Source: a virus (taxonomy: Duplodnaviria; Caudoviricetes). From it: a stretch of DNA of 24,923 nt. Positions within the stretch are counted from its first letter, which is position 1; every line of letters starts with the position of its first letter. The position numbers were made by a program, and so were the translations under genes. Below, one piece after another: positions 17,696 to 24,756 of the stretch. The DNA lies in IMG/VR virus record IMGVR_UViG_3300032421_000021, positions 1 to 24,923 of that record; one strand, written 5' to 3'. The notes under the pieces were generated by a model. The model was not told the origin of the DNA, did not search any database, and worked only from the letters and a program-made list of their open reading frames with translations.

Positions 17696-18154
17696 ATGGC
17701 ACATCCTGGTGGAAGGCCCACAATTTATAACGAGGAAATGGCAGACCTGATTTGTGAGAGGATAGCCATTAACCCTATTGGTCTTCAGCATATATGCGAG
17801 AAGTATGATGATCTCCCAGGCTTTGGAACAGTTAAAACATGGCTTTACAAGAAGCCAGAGTTCAGATCCAAGTATTTGGAAGCAAAAAAAACACAAATGT
17901 TATTAAAAGTGGAAGAATTGGATGATATTTTGCTTAAAAACATTGTTCATTTCACTGACAAAGAGGGAAACGAAAGAATAGACCCTCCTTCAGTAAGCTT
18001 AGCAATAGCTAGGGGCAACAACTTCAAATGGGAAATTTCACGTCTAGGCCCACGTGAAGTAAAAGACAAGAAAGATGATGACCCAGAAGACCAAATTAAG
18101 CCCATTCACGATGAAATGATGGAGCGCACCAAAGTATTGCCGAAGGAGTTTTGA
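17696..18154 (+). CDS. Terminase small subunit-like (Sf6/P22-type)
   Basis: 'GGRPTIYNEEMADLICERIA..L..IC..LP..TV..WL..PEF..Y..A'; likely start is ATG 17696. Confidence 0.75.
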   Translation: MAHPGGRPTIYNEEMADLICERIAINPIGLQHICEKYDDLPGFGTVKTWLYKKPEFRSKYLEAKKTQMLLKVEELDDILLKNIVHFTDKEGNERIDPPSVSLAIARGNNFKWEISRLGPREVKDKKDDDPEDQIKPIHDEMMERTKVLPKEF

Positions 18155-18351
18155 TGTTCGACGAAAAACCCTGCAAAGAATGGTTGTCTGAAAGAGATGA
18201 AATAGAGAATAAATTGCGTGAATCAAAAAGAAAGGCGTCAAGGCTTGCAATGTATGAGCTAATTGCAGAGCTAATTGGAAAGATATCTGTATATATTTTT
18301 ATCACTATTGTTATATACTGTATTGTGCACTTTATTATTAAGTTTTGGTAA
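18151..18351 (+). CDS. Small membrane protein ending HFIIKFW
   Basis: C-terminal transmembrane segment; related to 19587-19700. Confidence 0.6.
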   Translation: MMFDEKPCKEWLSERDEIENKLRESKRKASRLAMYELIAELIGKISVYIFITIVIYCIVHFIIKFW

Positions 18352-18359
18352 GGTAGAAA

Positions 18360-18842
18360 ATGAGCTGCATTACAAAGTTGTTAGAATTAAAAGGCGATAA
18401 AGAATTCCTTCCTGTAAGCCAACAGATAGTCATAGAGGGTGGCGGCAAATATAAAGACCACGAATACCTGATTACATTTACAAGCAGGGGACATAGGTGC
18501 GGATATGTAGCCTTAAGTACTGAAGAGGCTGAAAAGAACAAAGAGGATGAGATAGGCCTAGGATGCCATGGCGGAATTACATTTTTCGGAAATGACCATG
18601 ATGCGAAATCGTTGCTTGATATTCCATGTGATGACGTTTGGGTTGGGTTTGATGCTATGCACCATATGGATTCTCCATGCAAGAAAACAGCAATGAAATA
18701 TTTTGAATCGATATCAAGAGCAAAGATGTTATACATGGATGAAACAGAAGAAATAATGGAAAAATATGGCGAACATCGTACTTACGAATACATGGAACAA
18801 GAATGCAAAAAAATAATAGACCAACTAAACTCTCTAAGCTGA
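18360..18842 (+). CDS. Conserved phage hypothetical protein
   Basis: 'GHRCGYV..CHGGITF..WVGFD.MH' motif common in phage accessory proteins. Confidence 0.7.
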   Translation: MSCITKLLELKGDKEFLPVSQQIVIEGGGKYKDHEYLITFTSRGHRCGYVALSTEEAEKNKEDEIGLGCHGGITFFGNDHDAKSLLDIPCDDVWVGFDAMHHMDSPCKKTAMKYFESISRAKMLYMDETEEIMEKYGEHRTYEYMEQECKKIIDQLNSLS

Positions 18843-18985
18843 AAAAAAGAATAAAATGTTTGCTTACTGGCCACAATATCATAGTTTCTTACCCTTGGCA
18901 TGAGCAGTGGTATAAAAATAAAACACACTATTATTCTATCACGGAGCTTCGATACTGCAACCAGTGCGATAGGGCGTTTAAATGA
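18803..18985 (+). CDS. Small Cys/His protein ('KCLLTGH..CNQC'); start uncertain
   Basis: Motif shared with the 23664-23918 ORF. Confidence 0.45.
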   Translation: MQKNNRPTKLSKLKKRIKCLLTGHNIIVSYPWHEQWYKNKTHYYSITELRYCNQCDRAFK

Positions 18986-19239
18986 AGATAAAAGACAAAT
19001 ATTACTACATAGGATGCATTCCTGTGGAAGCATGTCCTTCACATCCGCCTGATCAGATAGATTGCATCATAGAGAAATGCCCTGAATGCAAAGATGACAT
19101 GTGGGTGAGTAAGAAGAAGCGCCTTAAGCGTGAAAGTATGCCAAAATTGGTAAAAGTTTATTGTTTAAAGTGTCTAGTCCTATCGGCAAAAAAACAGGGA
19201 TTTGATGTTGAGATTTTTGATTTTGCGGTTGAGCATTAG
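18982..19239 (+). CDS. Hypothetical Zn-binding protein
   Basis: CPEC and CLKC pairs; ATGA coupling. Confidence 0.55.
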   Translation: MKIKDKYYYIGCIPVEACPSHPPDQIDCIIEKCPECKDDMWVSKKKRLKRESMPKLVKVYCLKCLVLSAKKQGFDVEIFDFAVEH

Positions 19240-19248
19240 GGGAAAAAG

Positions 19249-19587
19249 TTGGAACAATGTCAAAGGTGTTTAGAATATGATGAAGATAGAAGAACCTTAA
19301 GGATGGAATGCTTTTATGACATGGGAGAACTCAGAATACCCCTTGATAAACAATCAATGAAATATATTGACCATGATGATGAAGTTGCTTTCTATACCAT
19401 TCGTGTCTGCAAAAGATGCCGTGCAGACTGGATGCTTGCCATACAAAAATGGTTTCAAGAAAAGCCTTTTGATGAAAGTTGCGGTAGTGGAATATATGTT
19501 CGTGTTTTTGGCGACAACAGAGAAATAACTGATGAACAATGGAACGAGATGAACCCTGGCATTGAGCCATGCAGGTTCAAGGAGTAA
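19249..19587 (+). CDS. Hypothetical Zn-binding protein
   Basis: CQRC and CKRC pairs; TTG start with AGGGG RBS. Confidence 0.6.
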   Translation: MEQCQRCLEYDEDRRTLRMECFYDMGELRIPLDKQSMKYIDHDDEVAFYTIRVCKRCRADWMLAIQKWFQEKPFDESCGSGIYVRVFGDNREITDEQWNEMNPGIEPCRFKE

Positions 19588-19700
19588 TGATGTTTGGCGA
19601 AATAAACCATGCATTGGCTGTAATAACAGTGCTAAAAGATTACGTTATTTATGGGATTTTCATTTACTCAATTTTACATTTTTTGTATAAATTTTGGTAA
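19587..19700 (+). CDS. 37-aa membrane protein MMFGEINHALAVITVLKDYVIYGIFIYSILHFLYKFW; not in the ORF track
   Basis: Translated by hand; TAATG coupling, AAGGAG upstream; similar ends to 18151-18351. Confidence 0.6.
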   Translation: MMFGEINHALAVITVLKDYVIYGIFIYSILHFLYKFW

Positions 19701-19728
19701 GTAATGTGAATGAATTGAAGGAAGCATA

Positions 19729-20070
19729 ATGAAAATAAACGTAGATGGTCTTGAAATAGAGACGGAAAGGCATATAAACAAAGAAATGCCCAATTCATTG
19801 GATTTATACCAACTACTAGAGTTGTTGCCTGCCTATATAGACACGCAAAAAGACCACCCATTTAACGGCTACTGGTTGCAGATAATGAAGAGAAGCACAG
19901 AGAACATTAAGTACATAGTTAAGTATGTATGTGATACTTATTCATCTGAAGAACTTTGTGCTGTGGGCTTTGAAAGGGTGTTGAAGCATAAAGCCGCACC
20001 AAGTCTTGAAGACGCATTGTCTAAGATGGCATCCTGGTTAATTGATAACGGATATATGAACAATGATTGA
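19729..20070 (+). CDS. Hypothetical protein
   Basis: 113 aa, RBS AAGGA. Confidence 0.6.
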   Translation: MKINVDGLEIETERHINKEMPNSLDLYQLLELLPAYIDTQKDHPFNGYWLQIMKRSTENIKYIVKYVCDTYSSEELCAVGFERVLKHKAAPSLEDALSKMASWLIDNGYMNND

Positions 20071-20341
20071 AGTTTCCAGGTGTGCCAATTGTGGCTGTAT
20101 GGGGATAATAAATAATAAGCCATGCATGTTTTGTGATAATACAAAGAAAACTCATGGCTTTATAAATTGGATTACTCGGGAAATTAAGAAAGACTGGCTC
20201 AATTACAAGGTTGCATGTTATTTTGCGGCATCAATATTAAGCGGTATATTTATGAAGCATTTTCATTACAGCGATTTAGAAATTATTACTCAGTTATTAT
20301 GCTTAGCCATTATATTGCCAGGATTGTTTAAGGATGTCTGA
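20063..20341 (+). CDS. Hypothetical protein with Zn-ribbon-like N-terminus and two hydrophobic segments
   Basis: CANC..CMFC followed by two putative transmembrane helices. Confidence 0.55.
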   Translation: MIEVSRCANCGCMGIINNKPCMFCDNTKKTHGFINWITREIKKDWLNYKVACYFAASILSGIFMKHFHYSDLEIITQLLCLAIILPGLFKDV

Positions 20342-20618
20342 ATTAGAAATTCTAATTGACCGCTGCAACAAAATGTCTATCTTACTAGGAATGGCAGCAG
20401 CAACCATACAGGCCTTAATGTTAGATGGAAGCATATCTATTGTGACTCAAGTATGCTTGAAAAATGTATGGGAAAGATTAGAAAATGGAATTGATGATCT
20501 TTACTATAAAAAAATCTATAAAGTAAAGAAAGAATTAATACAACAAACAAATGGGACAACACTTGAATGCGAACATCAATATGACGGAAAGTGTATTAAA
20601 TGCGGAGAGTTTTATTAA
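20334..20618 (+). CDS. Hypothetical protein
   Basis: C-terminal 'CEH..KCIKCGEFY'. Confidence 0.55.
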   Translation: MSELEILIDRCNKMSILLGMAAATIQALMLDGSISIVTQVCLKNVWERLENGIDDLYYKKIYKVKKELIQQTNGTTLECEHQYDGKCIKCGEFY

Positions 20619-20866
20619 TAATGACCCCAGAAGACCTTGACGAAATAATAGCAATTCAGTTTGGAAAAGATATTTACTTTGGACAGACGGCTATTGATAA
20701 GTGTCTTGAACTTCAAGATTTTACATGCATCCATAGAAGGGCGGTATTTAAGCTTATGGCATGTCTTGATGTGGGTGAGCATTGGGAGGGGTTTGCTAAT
20801 GCACCGACTTTGTTTAAGATGTCTGAATTAAAAGAATTTTGTGCGCGAGGCTTAAGTAATGTTTAA
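20600..20866 (+). CDS. Hypothetical protein (likely start ATG 20621)
   Basis: GGAG precedes ATG 20621; packed operon. Confidence 0.5.
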   Translation: MRRVLLIMTPEDLDEIIAIQFGKDIYFGQTAIDKCLELQDFTCIHRRAVFKLMACLDVGEHWEGFANAPTLFKMSELKEFCARGLSNV

Positions 20867-21068
20867 TCCATGGGAGTGTCCTAGGTGCCATACGATTTAT
20901 TCACCTTATGTGCCACAATGTCATTGTAAGCCACAAACGACAAGCACAGGTACAGGCACAGGCAATGAATTAGCTTATGGTATTGGAATTACATTTCCTC
21001 AAGCTAGTAGAAAATGTCTAGAATGCGGGGGATTTCATGGTGGTGGTCTTCAATGTAAAAATCTTTAA
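20859..21068 (+). CDS. Small Cys-rich protein
   Basis: 'WECPRC..YSP....C.C' motif. Confidence 0.6.
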   Translation: MFNPWECPRCHTIYSPYVPQCHCKPQTTSTGTGTGNELAYGIGITFPQASRKCLECGGFHGGGLQCKNL

Positions 21069-21227
21069 TGTTAATTCCTATATAAATCATATCTAAATTG
21101 ATTCCTGCAGACATCATGATTTGTTAAATCATAAAATTTCAAATGTTAACTAACGAAAACTAAGCAATTCATTATTTATCTACATTGTAGTAACATATTT
21201 GTTAATTGTTTAAAAGAGCGATGTTAA

Positions 21228-21425
21228 ATGTCTTGGATTAAGTTTGATGAAAAATACCCAGAAAAATTTCCTGTAAAGGGTAGAAATTATGACTTACATG
21301 TAGAGGACATAATTACAGGAATTGATGAGAACAACAAAGCATTTGATTATGCTTGTTTCTGCAAATCTTTACCTGATGGTATGTCAATGCCTTTTACTCA
21401 CTGGATGGAACTGGATGCGATATAA
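21228..21425 (+). CDS. DUF551-like small phage protein
   Basis: 'MSWIKFDEKYP...THWMEL' pattern. Confidence 0.6.
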   Translation: MSWIKFDEKYPEKFPVKGRNYDLHVEDIITGIDENNKAFDYACFCKSLPDGMSMPFTHWMELDAI

Positions 21426-21439
21426 AGGGAGATTGTTAA

Positions 21440-21622
21440 ATGGATGAAGATTGGTCAAAAGAAATTCTTGAAGAGAATCTTATTTATGCGATACAGCAAT
21501 TTAATAAATACGCTAAGATTTATCCAATTGAAAGAAATAGGTTTGTTGTAACTACATTGTCAAAACTGATAAATGAAGCAAATAAAATGCAACTAGAGGA
21601 AACTTGTCTGGATGCGCCATAA
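21440..21622 (+). CDS. Hypothetical protein
   Basis: 60 aa, RBS GGGAG. Confidence 0.5.
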   Translation: MDEDWSKEILEENLIYAIQQFNKYAKIYPIERNRFVVTTLSKLINEANKMQLEETCLDAP

Positions 21623-21669
21623 GACGCACCCGTTACTACTTCTACATCATGGTAGACGAGCTATATCGA

Positions 21670-21870
21670 TTATATCCTTTCTTTGCAATTATCGCATATA
21701 AGCATGTCACCGGAAAAAATAACGTGCGTTTTGTGCTCACAATAGTTATCAACCATTTTCTTTAACTTCTCATGTATCCTATACGCTATATCCGGCTGCT
21801 GATATTCTTCCAAGTCACAACCAATGTCTTCGTATAGCCATATGATTTCTTCTTTCGTGAAATCATTCAT
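21670..21870 (-). CDS. Hypothetical protein, 'MNDFTKEE..DNYCEH' family
   Basis: Paralog at 24753-24923. Confidence 0.65.
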   Translation of the reverse strand: MNDFTKEEIIWLYEDIGCDLEEYQQPDIAYRIHEKLKKMVDNYCEHKTHVIFSGDMLICDNCKERI

Positions 21871-22136
21871 TCCCTATCTCTCATGCTACCAAGATAATTG
21901 ACCCAGTGGTCTATGCATTCGTTTTTGGATTTGAAGAAAGCACCTTTATCTCCGCTGTACTCAGATCCTTTTTTATTTAGAACTTCTAAGGATATATTGC
22001 CTCTTGATTTTGATGCATATATTTTTTGAACTATTCCTGAAATAATTTCCGGTTCATAATAATTTGAACAACAAAACCAAACTTCACTGCCTATATCAAT
22101 ATTTGACGTGACTTTCTTCTTTTTAAGTCCGAACAT
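21867..22136 (-). CDS. Hypothetical protein
   Basis: 89 aa, RBS AGGA, ATGA coupling to the next gene. Confidence 0.6.
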   Translation of the reverse strand: MFGLKKKKVTSNIDIGSEVWFCCSNYYEPEIISGIVQKIYASKSRGNISLEVLNKKGSEYSGDKGAFFKSKNECIDHWVNYLGSMRDRE

Positions 22137-22159
22137 GTTTGTCCTAAAATGTATAAGTG

Positions 22160-22189
22160 TACCATTTCGTTAATTACCGCGAAATGGTA
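22160..22189. promoter_or_regulatory. Perfect 10-bp inverted repeat TACCATTTCG-N10-CGAAATGGTA between divergent genes
   Basis: Read directly from the sequence; function unknown. Confidence 0.5.
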
Positions 22190-22206
22190 TGAATTAAGGA
22201 GATAAA

Positions 22207-22401
22207 ATGAATTGTCTATTATGCGACAAAGAATCAATAACAACTAAATATATGGCAATTCCTGGGTACCTTATCGTTCCAAACGCTTATAATTTATGCA
22301 AAGACCACGAAGGAATATTTCTTAAATATGAGGACGTTTATAAAGAAGACGGAACGAGGAAGTTTACTTTCTTTGATAAAATTAACCTTAAGAGTAAATA
22401 G
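22207..22401 (+). CDS. Hypothetical Zn-binding protein
   Basis: CLLC..CKDH; RBS AAGGAG. Confidence 0.6.
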   Translation: MNCLLCDKESITTKYMAIPGYLIVPNAYNLCKDHEGIFLKYEDVYKEDGTRKFTFFDKINLKSK

Positions 22402-22491
22402 CCATTAATCTATGTAACTAAGGTATACTTCTTCACAAAAGGGTCTTCTATGCCCTTAAGAACACTTATTAATCAAGTCACACCATAATTA

Positions 22492-22519
22492 TTGACAATG
22501 TGTAAAAAGGTGGTATGAT
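22492..22519 (+). promoter_or_regulatory. Sigma70 promoter TTGACA-N16-TATGAT (extended -10 TGn) upstream of tRNA-like RNA 1
   Basis: TTGACA at 22492-22497 and TATGAT at 22514-22519; predicted +1 at about 22525-22526 coincides with the 5' end of the closing stem. Confidence 0.75.
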
Positions 22520-22525
22520 GCTTTG

Positions 22526-22643
22526 GTGCATTAGCGGTGTGGACGTGACACACAATGGACGGTCGCAGAGGGTTGCCCGGTTCCTTTATGCATAAATCAG
22601 CTCCGTTATTCGGGATAGAAGGTTTAATTCCTTCCTAATGCAC
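22526..22643 (+). ncRNA. tRNA-like structured RNA, copy 1 (118 nt)
   Basis: Closing stem GTGCATTAG/CTAATGCAC; D-like arm GTGTG-GACGTGA-CACAC; central stem AATGGA/TCCGTT enclosing 42 nt; T-like arm GAAGG-TTTAATT-CCTTC. Confidence 0.75.
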
Positions 22644-22666
22644 TTATTAATTCGTGAGGCACTAAA

Positions 22667-22873
22667 ATGGCATTTACTAAATCAGAAGAAAACCATATTG
22701 AGCATGAGGTTAAACTTAGGCTTCATGATGCATTGTTCAAACACATTGATTACAAGTTTGAAAAGCTTGAGCACAAGGTCGATACAATAAACAGCAAATT
22801 TAACTGGATAATTGGCCTTGTTGTTTCAGGGATTATTATCCCTATACTTTTGCATAAATATAATTTTATTTAG
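22667..22873 (+). CDS. Coiled-coil plus C-terminal TM protein (XhlA/DUF1640-like architecture), paralog A
   Basis: 'EEN..EVKLRL..HID..SKFNWIIGLVV'; RBS GAGG at 22656-22659. Confidence 0.7.
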   Translation: MAFTKSEENHIEHEVKLRLHDALFKHIDYKFEKLEHKVDTINSKFNWIIGLVVSGIIIPILLHKYNFI

Positions 22874-22883
22874 AGGTCATTAA

Positions 22884-23153
22884 ATGAAAACAGCGGATGA
22901 CTTCAAAAAAGCAGCGAAAGAAATAAAGCCCATAAAATGGAACATTCATAGATGCAGCATGTGTGATTATCCCTGTGGATTTGTTTTTGGTGAGCAATAT
23001 GAGCTTGTTGGCTATGATAATGGATGTGATTGTACAAGGAGGTATATTGTAAATAGATCTTCCTATGAAGACATTGCTAATCATTACAATTCTCAAGAAA
23101 ACCCAGATCATATAAAAGAAATGGATGAATTTTGGGGGTTTGATAAAGAATGA
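22884..23153 (+). CDS. Hypothetical Cys-containing protein
   Basis: CSMC..GCDC; RBS GAGG. Confidence 0.6.
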   Translation: MKTADDFKKAAKEIKPIKWNIHRCSMCDYPCGFVFGEQYELVGYDNGCDCTRRYIVNRSSYEDIANHYNSQENPDHIKEMDEFWGFDKE

Positions 23154-23734
23154 CACATCAAGTAGTGGGATACATTCGCATATCATCGAACAGCCAAAAC
23201 ACAGCAAGGCAATTGCAGGGAATAAAACTAGACAAGGAGTTTGTCGACATCATGAGCGGGAATACAACAGACAGGAAGGGGCTTGCCGATTGCATAGAAT
23301 ACGTGCGCCAAGGCGATCAACTCGTAGTTGACAGTATTGACAGGTTGGCACGAAATTTGCGTGACCTTCAAGAATTGGTAGAAAAGATTATATCCAAAGG
23401 CGTATCGGTAAAGTTTATCAAGGAAAACCTTACATTCAATTCAAACAAAGACCCTATGGCAAACCTAACGCTTCAAATGATGGGTGCCTTTGCTGAGTTT
23501 GAGCGCTCTATGATAAAGGCACGCCAACGGGAGGGAATAGAGGCCGCGCGTGCCGCTGGTCGTCCCATGGGTAGGCCATGTAAGACAACGCCTGAGCTAG
23601 TACAGAAGGCCAGGAAATATATAGAAAAAGGTGAGAGCATAAAGCGTACTGCATACCTTCTCAATGTTTCACGAAAGACAATATACAATATTCTTGGATT
23701 GCATGCTAAAAAACCAAAGTGGGAATTTAGCTGA
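23150..23734 (+). CDS. Small serine recombinase (resolvase/invertase family)
   Basis: 'GYIRISS..Q..RQ', 'GDQLVVDSIDRLARN', 'FAEFERSMIKARQREGI..A..GR.MGRP' and a C-terminal HTH. Confidence 0.92.
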   Translation: MTHQVVGYIRISSNSQNTARQLQGIKLDKEFVDIMSGNTTDRKGLADCIEYVRQGDQLVVDSIDRLARNLRDLQELVEKIISKGVSVKFIKENLTFNSNKDPMANLTLQMMGAFAEFERSMIKARQREGIEAARAAGRPMGRPCKTTPELVQKARKYIEKGESIKRTAYLLNVSRKTIYNILGLHAKKPKWEFS

Positions 23735-23918
23735 TATACTTAAATTATGCAGGAGGCACCAAGTGTTTATGTGGTTGAAATGTAAGTTATTGGGACATAA
23801 TCTTGGGGATAAATTAATTTATGTTTATGAAAACAAAGACGATGGTTCAAGAGTAACAAAAGGCGCAATGAGAGAATGCTCTATGTGTAAAAAATTTGTG
23901 AAAGTAGTTAGTGTATGA
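23664..23918 (+). CDS. Small Cys/His protein ('KCKLLGH..CSMC'); true start probably near 23763-23769
   Basis: AGGAGG at about 23751 precedes GTG/ATG; motif resembles 18803-18985. Confidence 0.5.
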   Translation: MFHERQYTIFLDCMLKNQSGNLADILKLCRRHQVFMWLKCKLLGHNLGDKLIYVYENKDDGSRVTKGAMRECSMCKKFVKVVSV

Positions 23919-23922
23919 ATCA

Positions 23923-24135
23923 TGACAATCGCATCGTGGACAGTGACACGACAGACGAGGATATAACAAGGGCGCTAGATCAGAGTTGCGTAAAGTTATC
24001 TTAGGCAGGTCATTGATCGTCATACTTGTGGTAACCATTCCAACTTCACATTAGCGCACGAATTAACGTGTGGAAGATAGTGGGTGATGCGTTTGGTTTG
24101 AAATATATAGCAGGTGCAATTCCTGCCGATTGTCA
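23923..24135 (+). ncRNA. tRNA-like structured RNA, copy 2 (213 nt)
   Basis: Closing stem TGACAATCG/CGATTGTCA; D-like arm TCGTG-GACAGTGA-CACGA; central stem CAGACG/CGTTTG enclosing 132 nt; T-like arm GCAGG-TGCAATT-CCTGC. Confidence 0.75.
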
Positions 24136-24156
24136 CTTATTAATTTGGAGATGTAA

Positions 24157-24411
24157 TTGAAGAAGAAGCATGAAGAAAACATTAAACATTACCCCGTGCA
24201 CCTGGAAACAAAAGTGGCTTTGCTTGAGCAATCAATAGAGCACATTAACCAGTCTTTGATTGAAATAAAGCAAGACTTAAAAGATTTTAGCCGTGATGTT
24301 AAATCAGATTTTAGATGGGTAATTGGTATGATTGTTGGGTTGTCTGCTTTTATGGTTAGTGGGTTTGCGGGGATGCTTGCTGTTATTGCCCATGGGTTTC
24401 ACTGGTTTTAG
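24157..24411 (+). CDS. Coiled-coil plus C-terminal TM protein, paralog B
   Basis: 'EEN..ETKVALL..HIN..SDFRWVIGMIV'; TTG start with GGAG at 24147-24150. Confidence 0.7.
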   Translation: MKKKHEENIKHYPVHLETKVALLEQSIEHINQSLIEIKQDLKDFSRDVKSDFRWVIGMIVGLSAFMVSGFAGMLAVIAHGFHWF

Positions 24412-24420
24412 GAAGCAATA

Positions 24421-24603
24421 ATGACTGAAAAATTAGCAGAAAAAACTTATAGAAAAATGCATTATATATTGCATCATGAAGATAGGCATGGATATTGTAT
24501 TTCCATAATAAACTCTATAGGAATAATGATTGACGTATTGTATTTCAAAAACTTAGAAACCGCACAGGAATGGTTTGATGGGGTTGGATCTAAAGATGAA
24601 TGA
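24421..24603 (+). CDS. Hypothetical protein
   Basis: 60 aa, RBS AGGA. Confidence 0.5.
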   Translation: MTEKLAEKTYRKMHYILHHEDRHGYCISIINSIGIMIDVLYFKNLETAQEWFDGVGSKDE

Positions 24604-24621
24604 AATAGATGCTTGAGGTAT

Positions 24622-24756
24622 ATGACAAAGGGAGGCGTTACGCCTTATTCTTGTCTTACAATGGCTTTGAAAAATAGGACGCAACAAATGATTGACTTCT
24701 ATCACAGAAAGCCAATAAATGTCTGGCATTGTGAAAAATGTGGGCATGTGCAATGA
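24622..24756 (+). CDS. 44-aa hypothetical protein ending CEKCGHVQ; not in the ORF track
   Basis: GAGG RBS; ATGA overlap with the next gene. Confidence 0.4.
   Translation: MTKGGVTPYSCLTMALKNRTQQMIDFYHRKPINVWHCEKCGHVQ

Noticed and set aside
23150-23734. Serine recombinase as the phage integrase or part of a Tn3 transposon
   Set aside because: 194 aa with no recombinase or zinc-ribbon domains; no transposase or terminal inverted repeats seen
23847-24038. Minus-strand 63-aa ORF
   Set aside because: Overlaps RNA copy 2 and a plus-strand gene; probably a shadow ORF
22526-24135. Calling the two RNAs canonical tRNAs or tmRNA
   Set aside because: No 7-nt anticodon loop, T-loops lack TTC, no encoded CCA, no G3-U70 and no evident tag reading frame
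22667-24411. Lysis cassette (holin call for the TM proteins)
   Set aside because: No endolysin or spanin is recognisable nearby, so a holin role is unsupported from this window
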